From NCBI GenBank assembly GCA_019308995.1, contig JAFDHD010000002.1:2946-66945 (forward strand): a stretch of 64,000 nt of DNA, read 5' to 3'. Position numbers and translations under genes: made by a program. The stretch is from Deltaproteobacteria bacterium (lineage in GTDB: Bacteria; Desulfobacterota; Desulfarculia; Adiutricales; JAFDHD01). Positions 36,768 to 46,579 of the stretch are shown one piece after another. A model generated the notes under the pieces. It was given only the letters and a program-made list of their open reading frames with translations, was not told the origin of the DNA and did no database searches. Every line of letters starts with the position of its first letter. Within the stretch, counting starts at the first letter, position 1.

Positions 36768-38225
36768 ATGCCCATCAAAGTGACAATCCTGGGATCAGGC
36801 CCTGGCGGATACATCGGCGCTATCCGGGCGGCGCAGCTTGGGGCCCAGGTTACCCTGATAGAGAACAACAACCTGGGAGGCACCTGCCTGAACCGGGGCT
36901 GCATCCCGACCAAGACCCTTAAGGCCACGGCCGAAGCCCTGGAAACGACTCACCGTCTCCATGAATTCGGGGTAGTGCTCGAAGGAGAGGTTCGGCCGGA
37001 CATCCAGGCCATTATGAACCGCAAGCAGAAGGTCGTGGATACGCTGGTCACCGGCATCCGCAAGATTATTGACAGCTACAGGATCAGGTTTATTGAAGGC
37101 ACCGGCTATGTTATGGATCCGGGACGCGTCCGGGTCCAAACTAAGGAGGGCCGGTCCATCGAGATCACCGGGGATAAACTCATCCTGGCCACCGGCTCTA
37201 ATCCTTTGAACTACCCGGATTTTCCTGTTGACGGGCAGAAGATTATTTCCTCAAACGAGGCCTTGCTGCTTGACGACATTCCGGAGGAAATGGTGATCAT
37301 TGGCGGAGGAGTGGTCGGGGCCGAGTTCGGTTTCATCTTCAATGCTCTGGGCACTAGGGTCACCATTGTCGAGGCCCTTGACAGAGTGGTGGGGCTGCCG
37401 TCGGTGGACCCGGATAGCAGCAGAATCCTGGCGCGGGAGATGAAAAAAAAGAAAATCAAGCTCTTTCTAAACAAGACGGTGATAGGGTCTGAGGATGCGC
37501 CAGGGCATAAGGTCAGGCTCACCTTAGGGCCTTCCCCTTTTCTTAAGGAAGTAAAAGAAAAAGACAAAAAAGAGATTGTTCTTGAGGCCGACAGGGTCCT
37601 CGTCTCCATTGGCCGGGAATTGAACACCAAAAATATGGGCCTGGAGGAACTGGGCCTGGAGCTGCACCCCCGGGACTGGATCGTGGCCAATGAAAAAATG
37701 GAGACCAACATCCCGGACGTATATGCAGTCGGGGATATCCTGGGCCCGGAAAAGATCATGCTCGCGCACGTCGCCTCAGCCGAGGCCTTGACAGCGGTGG
37801 AAAACTGCATGGGCGCACAAAAGGTCATGAATTACGACGCGGTTCCGACCGGTATCTTTACTTCCCCGGAAATGGCTGACGTCGGTCTGACCGAAATCCA
37901 GGCTCAAGAACGCGGCCTGAACTTTCGCTCCGATTCTTTTCTTTTCCGCGGCCTGGGCAGACCTCAGGCCATGGGCGAAATCACCGGTCAGGTCAAGATT
38001 ATCTCTGAAGCCAAGACCGGGAAGATCCTGGGTGTCCACATCATCGGCCCCCATGCCACGGACCTCATCGCTGAAGCTACCCTGGCCATGAAGCTTGGGG
38101 CCACAACAGAAGACCTGGCCTCAACCATTCACGTCCACCCCAGCCTGTCTGAGGCTGTCATGGAGGCGGCCCATGCCGCCCTCGACGCCCCCCTCCATGC
38201 ACCCGCCCGGAAGCAAAAGACCTAA
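36768..38225 (+). CDS. lpdA: Dihydrolipoyl dehydrogenase
   Basis: ILGSGPGGYIGAIRAAQLG...GGTCLNRGCIPTK redox-active disulfide, and HVHPSLSE. Confidence 0.95.
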   Translation: MPIKVTILGSGPGGYIGAIRAAQLGAQVTLIENNNLGGTCLNRGCIPTKTLKATAEALETTHRLHEFGVVLEGEVRPDIQAIMNRKQKVVDTLVTGIRKIIDSYRIRFIEGTGYVMDPGRVRVQTKEGRSIEITGDKLILATGSNPLNYPDFPVDGQKIISSNEALLLDDIPEEMVIIGGGVVGAEFGFIFNALGTRVTIVEALDRVVGLPSVDPDSSRILAREMKKKKIKLFLNKTVIGSEDAPGHKVRLTLGPSPFLKEVKEKDKKEIVLEADRVLVSIGRELNTKNMGLEELGLELHPRDWIVANEKMETNIPDVYAVGDILGPEKIMLAHVASAEALTAVENCMGAQKVMNYDAVPTGIFTSPEMADVGLTEIQAQERGLNFRSDSFLFRGLGRPQAMGEITGQVKIISEAKTGKILGVHIIGPHATDLIAEATLAMKLGATTEDLASTIHVHPSLSEAVMEAAHAALDAPLHAPARKQKT

Positions 38226-38401
38226 AGCTCTCGTTAAAATTACGTTCCGATTGAAAAGGCCAGGGATTGCTTTGTCACTTCACTCCTTCGCTTCCCCCTT
38301 AATAAGGCTCAATCGGAATGTTCTTTTGCCAGCCGCTCTAAGACACGAAGAATGAATAGACGATAAATAGACAGGAAGATAGCATCGTGCGAGCTGTATG
38401 A

Positions 38402-38689
38402 TTATGGGAGGTCTTCTTTGGGGCGGGTATAGATGACCTTGACCTGGCCGGGGTTTTCAGCCAGGCAGGCTGTGCATTCCGGATTATCAGGGTTGCAGTC
38501 CACCGGTTCGATCAGGACTTCAAAGCCAAGCTCCTCGTACTCAGCTTTGGCCTCGCTTAACCGCGGCTCGGCAGCGGAGAACTTGCGCCTCCAGTCCCGG
38601 GCCTGTAATTCTTTATCTTTTGGGCTTTTCAGTTCCACTTTCCTTGGCTCCCTCATAAGGGCCTTGCCTTTTTCTCCATTAAATCTCAT
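38402..38689 (-). CDS. Small hypothetical protein
   Basis: 95-aa ORF with a charged N-terminus and CNPDNPECTAC. No family recognised. Confidence 0.35.
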   Translation of the reverse strand: MRFNGEKGKALMREPRKVELKSPKDKELQARDWRRKFSAAEPRLSEAKAEYEELGFEVLIEPVDCNPDNPECTACLAENPGQVKVIYTRPKEDLP

Positions 38690-38802
38690 TATATACTACC
38701 TTTTAATTTGAAACAAACCATCCTTATCTCTCGCGGGATATAGTCAAAAAGAGGGAGGCATTTTCATCAAGAGGACTGAAGGACTGAAGAGGCAAGCTCA
38801 AG

Positions 38803-38892
38803 CCTTGTAGGTCAGGGTGGCCCGCGAAGCGGGTCTCTCTGACAATAATAACCAGATTTTGTGTCAGAGAGCTTCGCACCCTGACACTACAA
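38803..38892. repeat. REP-like element, two inverted units (GTAGGTCAGGGTG...CTGACA family)
   Basis: CCTTGTAGGTCAGGGTGGCCCGCGAAGCGGGTCTCTCTGACA, a 17-bp spacer, then the inverted copy TGTCAGAGAGCTTCGCACCCTGACACTACAA. Confidence 0.85.
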
Positions 38893-38974
38893 CTCAAGAT
38901 CATTGACAGTGACTGAAAAAAACAGTAAATACAATTTGATAAACTAAGTGAAATTCCAAGGGCGAGGAAGGTGC

Positions 38975-39199
38975 ATGGAAAAAAGAGATGAAGAACTCAT
39001 CGCCAGCCTGCTCGATAAGGAGCCGGAGCTGAAAAAGCTGCTGGCTCAACACCAGGAACTGGGTGATCGAGTGGACGAACTTAGTAAGCGGCCTTATTTG
39101 ACCACGGAAGAAGGTTTGGAAAAAAAGAGGCTGCAAAAATTGAAACTGGCTGGCCGAGATCGAATCGAAGCCATCCTGGCCCGCTACCGAAAGAGTTGA
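38975..39199 (+). CDS. DUF465 (YdcH-like) small coiled-coil protein
   Basis: MEKRDEELIASLLDKEPELKKLLAQHQELGDRVDELSKRPYLTTEE...LKLAGRDRI. Confidence 0.65.
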   Translation: MEKRDEELIASLLDKEPELKKLLAQHQELGDRVDELSKRPYLTTEEGLEKKRLQKLKLAGRDRIEAILARYRKS

Positions 39200-39205
39200 G
39201 TAAAA

Positions 39206-40906
39206 ATGGAATCGAGTGGCGCAGAGATCCTCCTTGAGTCTTTGATGCGGGAGGGTGTGGAAGTTATTTTCGGCTATCCCGGTGGAGTCATAACCGACAT
39301 TTATGACAAGCTGCCCAGCACCAAAATCCGGCATGTCCTGGTCCGGCATGAGCAGGCGGCGGTTCATGCGGCGGACAGTTACGCTCGAGCCTCGGGCAAG
39401 GTGGGTGTGGTCCTGGTCACCTCCGGCCCGGGCGCGACCAACACTGTCACTGGCATTGCCAGCGCCTATATGGATTCTGTCCCCCTGGTAGTCCTTACCG
39501 GCCAGGTGCCGACCGGTGTTATAGGCAACGACGCCTTTCAGGAAGTGGATATCGTCGGCATCACCCGGTCCTGCACCAAGCACAACTACCTGGTCAAAGA
39601 GACTGAGAAGCTGGCCGCCATTATCAAGGAGGCCTTTCACCTCGCCTCTTTTGGCCGGCCCGGCCCGATTCTGGTGGACCTGCCCAAGGATGTCATTGCC
39701 AGGAAGGCAGAGTTTCGGTATCCTCGTAAGGTGAAGATGCGGAGCTATAAACCCACTTACGAGGCCCACCCTAAACAAATCCGCAAGGCCTTTGAACTGA
39801 TGCTTCAAGCCAAGAAGCCGGTTATTCTCGCTGGCGGCGGCGTCATCAGCTCCGGGGCGCACCGGGAGTTAAAAACGCTGGCCGAAAAGATGCGGTTTCC
39901 GGTGACCACGACCCTGATGGGCCTGGGAGGGTTCCCGGGGACCCACGAGTTGTGGCTGGGAATGCTGGGCATGCACGGGACATATCAGGCCAATATGGCT
40001 GTGGCGGCCTGCGACTTGCTCATTGCCATCGGGGCGCGGTTTGACGATCGAGTCACGGGCAAGCTTGACGAGTTCTGCCCTGACGCCAAGCTGATCCACA
40101 TTGATATTGATCCCACGAGCATCAAAAAAAATGTTGACATCCATGTTCCCATCGTGGGCGACTGCCGCAACGCTCTGGTCAAGTTGCTGAATCTGACCGC
40201 CAAAGAGTTCAAGGATCGGGTCAGGGGAGGCGCCAGCGATCACCGGGCCTGGCTCCGGCAGATCAAGGCCTGGCGCGAGACTTATTCCCTTAAATATGAC
40301 CAGGCCAAAGACGGCCCGATAAAGCCTCAGTACGTGGTTGAAGAAATCTACCGCCTGACCAAAGGAAACGCCATTATCACCACCGAGGTGGGCCAGAACC
40401 AGATGTGGGCCGCGCAGTACTACCACTTCACCAAGCCTAGAACCTTTATCACCTCAGGCGGACTGGGCTGCATGGGATTCGGTCTGCCTGCCGCCCTGGG
40501 AGCTCAGATTGCCCATCCAAAGAAGCTGGTCATTGATATCGCGGGGGATGGCAGCATCCAGATGAATATCCAGGAGCTGGCCACCGCGGTGGAGAACAAG
40601 CTTCCGGTGAAGGTGGCCATCCTCAATAATCAGTACCTGGGCATGGTGCGCCAGTTTCAGGAAATTTTTTACAACAAACGCTACTTTGCCACCTCACTCA
40701 CCGGCGCGCCGGATTTTGTGAAGCTGTCTGAGGCCTATGGCGCGGTAGGGTTGAGAGCCGAGAAACCGAGCGAAGTGACCCCGGTCCTTGAGGAGGCCCT
40801 CAGGATCAAGCGTCCGGTGCTTATTGACTTCCGCGTGGAACAGGAGGAATGTGTTTACCCCATGGTTCCGGCCGGCGCTCCTATAACAAATATGCTTTTA
40901 GCTTAA
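39206..40906 (+). CDS. ilvB: Acetolactate synthase large subunit (biosynthetic)
   Basis: [23 protein letters not shown]...[17 protein letters not shown]...[16 protein letters not shown]...[12 protein letters not shown]. Confidence 0.95.
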   Translation: MESSGAEILLESLMREGVEVIFGYPGGVITDIYDKLPSTKIRHVLVRHEQAAVHAADSYARASGKVGVVLVTSGPGATNTVTGIASAYMDSVPLVVLTGQVPTGVIGNDAFQEVDIVGITRSCTKHNYLVKETEKLAAIIKEAFHLASFGRPGPILVDLPKDVIARKAEFRYPRKVKMRSYKPTYEAHPKQIRKAFELMLQAKKPVILAGGGVISSGAHRELKTLAEKMRFPVTTTLMGLGGFPGTHELWLGMLGMHGTYQANMAVAACDLLIAIGARFDDRVTGKLDEFCPDAKLIHIDIDPTSIKKNVDIHVPIVGDCRNALVKLLNLTAKEFKDRVRGGASDHRAWLRQIKAWRETYSLKYDQAKDGPIKPQYVVEEIYRLTKGNAIITTEVGQNQMWAAQYYHFTKPRTFITSGGLGCMGFGLPAALGAQIAHPKKLVIDIAGDGSIQMNIQELATAVENKLPVKVAILNNQYLGMVRQFQEIFYNKRYFATSLTGAPDFVKLSEAYGAVGLRAEKPSEVTPVLEEALRIKRPVLIDFRVEQEECVYPMVPAGAPITNMLLA

Positions 40907-40908
40907 AG

Positions 40909-41400
40909 ATGATGCAAAACGAGAGACGAACCATTTCAGTTCTGGTTGACAACGAGCCCGGAGTCCTTTCCCGGGTGACCGGTCTATTTTCCGGACGGGG
41001 CTTTAACATCGAAAGCCTGTCCGTGGGAGAGACTCTGGACCCGACGATTTCCCGAATCACCCTCGTGACGACCGGGTCTCCACCCATCATTGAACAGATC
41101 ATCAAGCAGCTGCGCAAGCTGATCAACGTCATTAAGGTTGTTGACCTGACCGAGACCGAGTTTGTCGAGCGTGAAATGCTGCTCATCAAGGTGCGGGCCG
41201 AAGCCGCATCCAGGGCCGAGGTCCTTCGTATCGTGGACATCTTCCGCTGCAAGGTCGTTGATGCCTCACCGCACTTTTATACGGTTGAAGTCACCGGTTC
41301 GGAGAGCAAGATTCAGGCCGTTCTCGATCTGTTTACCCCGCTGGGCATCGAGGAAATCGTGAAGACAGGGAAGATCGCCATCGCCCGAAGCAAGAAGTAA
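40909..41400 (+). CDS. ilvN: Acetolactate synthase small (regulatory) subunit
   Basis: RRTISVLVDNEPGVLSRVTGLFSGRGFNIESLSVGET ACT domain. Confidence 0.95.
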   Translation: MMQNERRTISVLVDNEPGVLSRVTGLFSGRGFNIESLSVGETLDPTISRITLVTTGSPPIIEQIIKQLRKLINVIKVVDLTETEFVEREMLLIKVRAEAASRAEVLRIVDIFRCKVVDASPHFYTVEVTGSESKIQAVLDLFTPLGIEEIVKTGKIAIARSKK

Positions 41401-41430
41401 CGTTCACCTAATAAACGCAAGGAGTTTGAC

Positions 41431-42423
41431 ATGGAAATTTACTACGAGAAGGATGCTGACCTGAAGGTCTTAGAGAAAAAGAAAATATGCATCATCGGCT
41501 TTGGGAGCCAGGGCCATGCTCAGGCCCTGAACCTGCGTGACAGCGGGGTGGATGTTATCGTGGCCGAGCTTCCGGGTACGGAGAACTATGAACTGGCCAA
41601 AAGTTTTGGCTTTGAACCGGTCTCAGCCGGTGAGGCCTCGGAGCAGGGGGATATCATCCAGATCCTGGCCCCGGACGACGCGCAGGCCGCCATATATGAA
41701 AATGACATCAAAGAAAACCTGGCCGAAGGAAAAACGCTGCTCTTCTCACACGGGTTCAACATCCACTACCATCAAATCGTCCCGCCCCTGTTCGTGGATG
41801 TCGTCATGATCGCGCCCAAGGGTCCCGGACATCTCCTCAGGTCGGAATACGAACAAGGAGCCGGGGTTCCCGCCCTGGTGGCCATCCATCAGGACGCCTC
41901 AGGCAAAGCCCTTGAGACCGCTCTGGCTTATGCCAAAGGCATCGGCGCCACGCGGGCCGGGACCATCGTCACGACTTTCAAAGAGGAAACCGAGACCGAC
42001 CTTTTCGGCGAGCAGACCGTGCTGTGCGGCGGCGTGAGCGAGCTGGTCAAGGCCGGTTTCGACACCCTGGTTGAGGCCGGCTATCAGCCGGAAATCGCCT
42101 ACTTCGAATGCCTGCACGAACTAAAACTCATCGTTGATCTCTTTTATCAAGGCGGCATCAGCTACATGCGTTACTCCGTCAGCAACACGGCCGAATACGG
42201 CGACTACACCCGTGGCAAAAGAATCATCACTCAAGAAACCCGCCGCGAGATGAAAAAAATTCTGAATGAGGTCCAGTCCGGTGAGTTCGCCCGGGAGTGG
42301 ATCATGGAGAACAAATGCGGCCAGCCGGTCTTCAAGACCGCCCGGCGGCGGGAGGCGGAGCATCCTATCAATACCGTCGGGGAAAAGCTGCGGAAGATGA
42401 TGTCCTGGCTGGACGCAAAATAA
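41431..42423 (+). CDS. ilvC: Ketol-acid reductoisomerase
   Basis: [19 protein letters not shown]...FSHGFNIHY...APKGPGH...[11 protein letters not shown]. Confidence 0.95.
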   Translation: MEIYYEKDADLKVLEKKKICIIGFGSQGHAQALNLRDSGVDVIVAELPGTENYELAKSFGFEPVSAGEASEQGDIIQILAPDDAQAAIYENDIKENLAEGKTLLFSHGFNIHYHQIVPPLFVDVVMIAPKGPGHLLRSEYEQGAGVPALVAIHQDASGKALETALAYAKGIGATRAGTIVTTFKEETETDLFGEQTVLCGGVSELVKAGFDTLVEAGYQPEIAYFECLHELKLIVDLFYQGGISYMRYSVSNTAEYGDYTRGKRIITQETRREMKKILNEVQSGEFAREWIMENKCGQPVFKTARRREAEHPINTVGEKLRKMMSWLDAK

Positions 42424-42453
42424 AACAAGCCGGAAGCGGACAAATACAGACAA

Positions 42454-42480
42454 GGGGAATTTCTTTATCAGAAATTCCCC
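42454..42480. terminator. Hairpin between convergent genes (terminator-like, no clean T-tract)
   Basis: GGGGAATTTCT-ttatc-AGAAATTCCCC, with 11-bp perfect arms. Confidence 0.4.
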
Positions 42481-42546
42481 TTAAAAAAACCGATAATACA
42501 GGATAGGGCAGGCCTAGCGGTCGCAGAGGCTGGCATTTTTTTGATG

Positions 42547-42693
42547 TTAAGAGATTTTTAACTGTTTTTCCAGCCGGGATATCTCCGCCTCCAGCCGCTG
42601 CCGCCCCTCCTCGCTCAAGTCTTCCTCTGCCAGACGACGCCGCAGGGCTAATAGAATCTGGGTATCCCGGTATACCGAACAGCTCTCAGTCAT
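42547..42693 (-). CDS. Small coiled-coil hypothetical protein (48 aa)
   Basis: MTESCSVYRDTQILLALRRRLAEEDLSEEGRQRLEAEISRLEKQLKIS, preceded by an AAGGAAA RBS. The longer track ORF would overlap the HesB-like gene. Confidence 0.3.
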   Translation of the reverse strand: MTESCSVYRDTQILLALRRRLAEEDLSEEGRQRLEAEISRLEKQLKIS

Positions 42694-42773
42694 GCTTTCC
42701 TTTGCTAAAGGTATAAATATAAAAAGACCCGGCAAATCATCCGAGTCTTTTTTATACTCATTTTTAAGGGGCG

Positions 42774-43100
42774 TCAATAGGAACAGGTCGTGCCGCAGGA
42801 AGAACAGCCGTCGCCGAGCAAGGGTTTCCCCGGGATGACTGAAAACCCGGCGCGGATACCCTGGTCAATAAAATCAATGCTGACCTTTTCAATCATGTTA
42901 AGCAGCTCTTTATCTATCATGTAAGTGACCCCGTTATATTCCTTTGTCTCGTCCGTGTCTTTCGGCTCATCCAGAGCTAATGCCAGAGACGGACCGCCTC
43001 ACCCGCCCTGGTCAAGAAAGACGCGAATGGGCGAGCTGGTTTTATTCGCCTCCAGGTGTTCTCTGACCTTCTCATTTGCCTTTGTGCTTACCTCGATCAT
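42774..43100 (-). CDS. HesB/IscA-like Fe-S assembly protein with in-frame UGA (selenocysteine at codon 34)
   Basis: AAGGAGAG RBS then ATG at 43100. Reads MIEVSTKANEKVREHLEANKTSSPIRVFLDQGG-U-GGPSLALALDEPKD...GDGCSSCGTTCSY. The TGA at 42999..43001 sits at the conserved Cys of the GGC(S/G)G IscA motif, and the frame stays open for 74 more codons. Confidence 0.75.
42951..42994 (-). promoter_or_regulatory. Candidate bacterial SECIS hairpin
   Basis: From +5 to +48 after the UGA. Outer stem GUCCGU/ACGGAC, and apical stem GCUC/GAGC closing a UGGAU loop at +26..+30. Confidence 0.5.
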
Positions 43101-43285
43101 GATCTCTCCTTATTCCCCTAAGCTATCAGGTTTCATTTTGATAGTTAATATAAGACCCCGGAAGACCGGCGTCAAGGGCAGGCTAATTTTTATTGGGACC
43201 TGAACGATTGGACTGGGGCCGTAAGGAGTGTTTAGCTGGCGCCGGCCTCTTCCAGAGGGAAGGAGTTTATACCAGAATTATTTTC

Positions 43286-43993
43286 TCAAGCAGATTGTCT
43301 TAATATCTGGTGAGCCTTCTGATCAAGGTGGTCGAAAAAATCATGGTTCATAGGCTCCAGCCTGCGGTAGGAGCAGTCTAGAGCGTTTTCCGGTTTGAAG
43401 AGCTGTAACCGCCAATCCGGAACCCCGCTCAACTCTTTAGCCAGGGTCAGGATGTCGCTTTCCGTATGAAGCCCGGGCACAACCGTCGTTCTGAGGATAT
43501 AAGGAAGGCCTGACGATTTGAGGAGGGCCAGGCTATCCTTGACCTTGTTTAGAAATCCTGGTCGGCCCGCGGCTCGGGCATAGGCAAGCTCGTTCAGAGG
43601 GGCCTTGACGTCCATGGCCACATGATCGAGCAGGCCCCGGTCCAAAAGGTCGGCCAGAACCTCGGGCCGGCTGCCGTTGGTATCCAGCTTGACTTTAAAC
43701 CCCGCGGCCCTGATGTCCTGAATGAAGTCTGGCAGGCCGGGGCTTATGGTCGGCTCCCCGCCCGAAATGACCACTCCGTCAATCCAATTATGGAATACCT
43801 TGAGCCGGGCTTTTATTACATCCCAATCTAAAGTGGGGTACTCGTCCGGGTTGAGGACCAGGCCGTAATTGTGGCAGAAGGGACAGCGAAAGTTGCAGCC
43901 TGCCAGAAAAATAACCGAAGACACCTGACCCGGCCAGTCCAGAAAGGAGGACTCCAGGAATCCTTTGATTTTTATGCTAAATTGACTAGCCAC
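43286..43993 (-). CDS. nrdG: Anaerobic ribonucleotide reductase activating protein (radical SAM)
   Basis: FLAGCNFRCPFCHN (CxxxCxxC) and ISGGEPT. Confidence 0.9.
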   Translation of the reverse strand: MASQFSIKIKGFLESSFLDWPGQVSSVIFLAGCNFRCPFCHNYGLVLNPDEYPTLDWDVIKARLKVFHNWIDGVVISGGEPTISPGLPDFIQDIRAAGFKVKLDTNGSRPEVLADLLDRGLLDHVAMDVKAPLNELAYARAAGRPGFLNKVKDSLALLKSSGLPYILRTTVVPGLHTESDILTLAKELSGVPDWRLQLFKPENALDCSYRRLEPMNHDFFDHLDQKAHQILRQSA

Positions 43994-44007
43994 AGATCAA
44001 CCTCTTC

Positions 44008-44274
44008 TTAAGATTGCTCATTCATGGCGGCAATGTGCCGTTCCAGAAAACGGCGCACAGGCAGCTCGTACTTGACATGCGTACTGTCGTCCAGGACCAG
44101 AATAGGCAGCGCCCCCTTTTCCACTAATTCCACCAGTTCATACCAGGCCAGATTAGCCAGCACTTCAGGGTCGTCCGCTTTGATGACCTCGATGTTGATG
44201 CCCAGCTTGTTCAGGTCAAAGGCGCGCTTGATGTTCTCGCACTTCCCGCAATTCTCTTTTGTGAACAGAGTCAC
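44008..44274 (-). CDS. Glutaredoxin/NrdH-like small redoxin
   Basis: MTLFTKENCGKCENIK (CxxC at the thioredoxin-fold position). Lies between nrdD and nrdG. Confidence 0.65.
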   Translation of the reverse strand: MTLFTKENCGKCENIKRAFDLNKLGINIEVIKADDPEVLANLAWYELVELVEKGALPILVLDDSTHVKYELPVRRFLERHIAAMNEQS

Positions 44275-44304
44275 CGTCCTCCTCCTCTCAGATGACGCTC
44301 AACT

Positions 44305-46488
44305 TTACCCGGTAGCAGACTCGGTCGCCCGGGCGGGCTGCGGTTTACCAAACACCGCCTGGTTTCGGTAACGATCTCTGAGTTCCCCTAACTTGCCTTT
44401 ATTCCAGGATGAGAGCTTGGTAAAGTAACCGGTAATCCGGGTAATGCCTTCCAGGTCGGTTGATCCGCAGTAAGGACATTCATCAAGCAGTCCCCGCGCC
44501 GTGCGATAGCAGCTCCGGCAGCTTGTAAACTCCGGCGAAAAGGCCACCTGATCGTTCTTGGTCCAGCGAAAGGTCTTGGTAACGAAGTTGGCCAGGGACT
44601 CAGGAGAAGGTTGCGCTTCGCCCAGAAAGATGTGCGTGATGGCGCCAGCTTCAATGAGGGGATGAAAGAGGCCTTCCAGCTTGATCCGCTCGATAGGATT
44701 CATCTCGGCCCCGATGTTGAACAAGGTTGAGTTCGTGTAGTAGACCTCGTTTTTTTCAAGATCGCCTTTGATGACCTCCCTGGTCTGTTCGGGAAAACGT
44801 TCCAGGTCCAGCTTGGCGAAACGGTAGGCCGTACTTTCGGCCGGGGTCTGTTCCAGCACAAAGTGCACCCCGTATTTCTCACGATACTTGTCCGCCAGGA
44901 TCTTCATGTTGGCAATGACGTTCAGCCCGAACCGAATGGCCTCATCCGACTCGTGGAGCTGGGTGCCGATGTGGTACTGGATCATCTCGTTGAGGCCGAT
45001 CATACCAATGAGATAGCTGGCTCGATGCATCCTGAGGTATTGTTCGCCGTCATGGTTCATACACAGCAGAGAAAGGGGACTTTTTTCTCCCGCCGCCAGA
45101 AGCTTCTCGATAAAGGCCTTCTTCTGCAGGTGCGCCTTCACGGCTAGCTCTATCTGCTCGCGGAGAAGGGCCATCAGCTTGGTATCGTCCCGGTCGGCCC
45201 GAAAGGCCAAGCGAGGCAGGTTGATGGTCACATTCTGTATGGCGGAATAACGCATGCGCCAGGGGATCTTGGCGTCTTCAAGGTCGCTCTGCTCTAGTTT
45301 GAAGGACAACCGGCAGCATTCGGAGATCTTAGCAGTGTTGCCTCGATCAAAGACAAAGTATGTATTGCCTTTTTCCGAGGCGACCTGGCAGATCAAGTTC
45401 AGAAATTCCTCATGACCCGGGGTCTTGAAAAATTTCTCCGTAATATGAACCAAAGGCTTGGGGAAAAAGAACGGGCGTCCCGCCCCATCCCCTTCAAGAT
45501 AGGTCTCAAAGAGGGCCCAAATAAATCGCTGCGCCTCCTTTTCAAAATCGCCATAGGTCAAATACTGTTTTTCTTCCCTGGTAGCCGGGTCTTCGTTCTC
45601 AACATATTCTCCCCCCGGGCCGATGGCCGGGACATCAACGAAATGATCCGGGACCTCCCAGTAGAGGTTGATGTCAGAAAAGATGGCCTGGCCGCCGCGG
45701 GCCACAGCCTGCTGAGAAAATTCGAAGATGAGCATCTGGGCCAGCTGCTTCACCTGGCGGTCATTGAGTTCAAGCAGATAGGGGGCGAAAAAGAGATTGA
45801 CCGCGTCCCACCCGATGGCCCCGGCAAAATTAGACTGCAAGGCCGCGGCAAACTTGACCATATGAGCCAAAAGAACCTCGGCATGCCGGGCTGGCTTGGC
45901 CAGGGAAAGGGCGTTGGGCAGGGATAGACCAAATTTCTTAATATACTCCAGTGATTGACCTGAACAGTATGGCCGGTCAATGAAGCCAAGGTCGTGCAAG
46001 TGAATATCACCAGCCAGGTGAGCGTCACTCACCTCCCGGTCAAAGACATTGAGGAAGGCGAACTCCTTCTTGATGTTTTCGGCCAGGGTCAGGTTGGTCG
46101 CCTCCGGACCGTGAGGCATGTTGGCGTTTTCCTTGTTCTGCTGCATGATAAGCTGTTTGACGTCATGGATAGGCATCCCCAGCCGGGTGTGCATGCGTCG
46201 TTCATCCTCCAGTCCCAGTTCAATCAACTTGGCGTTGACCAGTTCCCTTATCAGAGGCGCAGAAACAAATTTGATCTTGACCTTGCGGATGATCTCCTCC
46301 ACCTCGCGGCCCACCAGATCGGCCGTGTCGTGGTCAATCATGGTCTCCTTGAGAAGGGCGTCCACGATGCGCTGACGATTCCACCCCTTAAAATCATCAT
46401 CAGAGGATCTTACAAACACAGCGATGTCTGTTGCATCCTCAAACTGAACTCCGACCGGACCGTAATCCGTTTCTTGGAGACTGGCCAT
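44305..46488 (-). CDS. nrdD: Anaerobic ribonucleoside-triphosphate reductase (class III)
   Basis: N-terminal ATP-cone, C-terminal CRSCYRTARGLLDECPYCGS zinc site, and the glycyl-radical motif TRITGYF. Confidence 0.95.
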   Translation of the reverse strand: MASLQETDYGPVGVQFEDATDIAVFVRSSDDDFKGWNRQRIVDALLKETMIDHDTADLVGREVEEIIRKVKIKFVSAPLIRELVNAKLIELGLEDERRMHTRLGMPIHDVKQLIMQQNKENANMPHGPEATNLTLAENIKKEFAFLNVFDREVSDAHLAGDIHLHDLGFIDRPYCSGQSLEYIKKFGLSLPNALSLAKPARHAEVLLAHMVKFAAALQSNFAGAIGWDAVNLFFAPYLLELNDRQVKQLAQMLIFEFSQQAVARGGQAIFSDINLYWEVPDHFVDVPAIGPGGEYVENEDPATREEKQYLTYGDFEKEAQRFIWALFETYLEGDGAGRPFFFPKPLVHITEKFFKTPGHEEFLNLICQVASEKGNTYFVFDRGNTAKISECCRLSFKLEQSDLEDAKIPWRMRYSAIQNVTINLPRLAFRADRDDTKLMALLREQIELAVKAHLQKKAFIEKLLAAGEKSPLSLLCMNHDGEQYLRMHRASYLIGMIGLNEMIQYHIGTQLHESDEAIRFGLNVIANMKILADKYREKYGVHFVLEQTPAESTAYRFAKLDLERFPEQTREVIKGDLEKNEVYYTNSTLFNIGAEMNPIERIKLEGLFHPLIEAGAITHIFLGEAQPSPESLANFVTKTFRWTKNDQVAFSPEFTSCRSCYRTARGLLDECPYCGSTDLEGITRITGYFTKLSSWNKGKLGELRDRYRNQAVFGKPQPARATESATG

Positions 46489-46532
46489 TTAAAAAACCTC
46501 AACCTCCGGAAGGGAATTCCCCCTCCTTTTTA

Positions 46533-46579
46533 TTTGCTTATATTGTGTTTCTATTAGCAAGAAATACTATATATAGTGT
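46533..46579 (-). promoter_or_regulatory. Tandem NrdR boxes
   Basis: TTTGCTTATATTGTGT (46533..46548) and ATACTATATATAGTGT (46564..46579) start 31 bp apart, 45-90 bp upstream of nrdD. The second is one mismatch from a perfect ACACTATATATAGTGT palindrome. Confidence 0.7.

Noticed and set aside
33928-37828. Long minus-strand ORFs inside gcvPA, gcvPB and lpd (33928..34617, 34977..35402, 35556..36080, 37211..37828).
   Set aside because: All are antisense to genes with textbook motifs, and none has its own start context or a recognisable domain.
38900-39862. 320-aa minus-strand ORF.
   Set aside because: It is antisense to the DUF465 gene and to the unmistakable ilvB gene. It has no RBS or recognisable domain, and its composition is biased (Gly/Arg/Leu).
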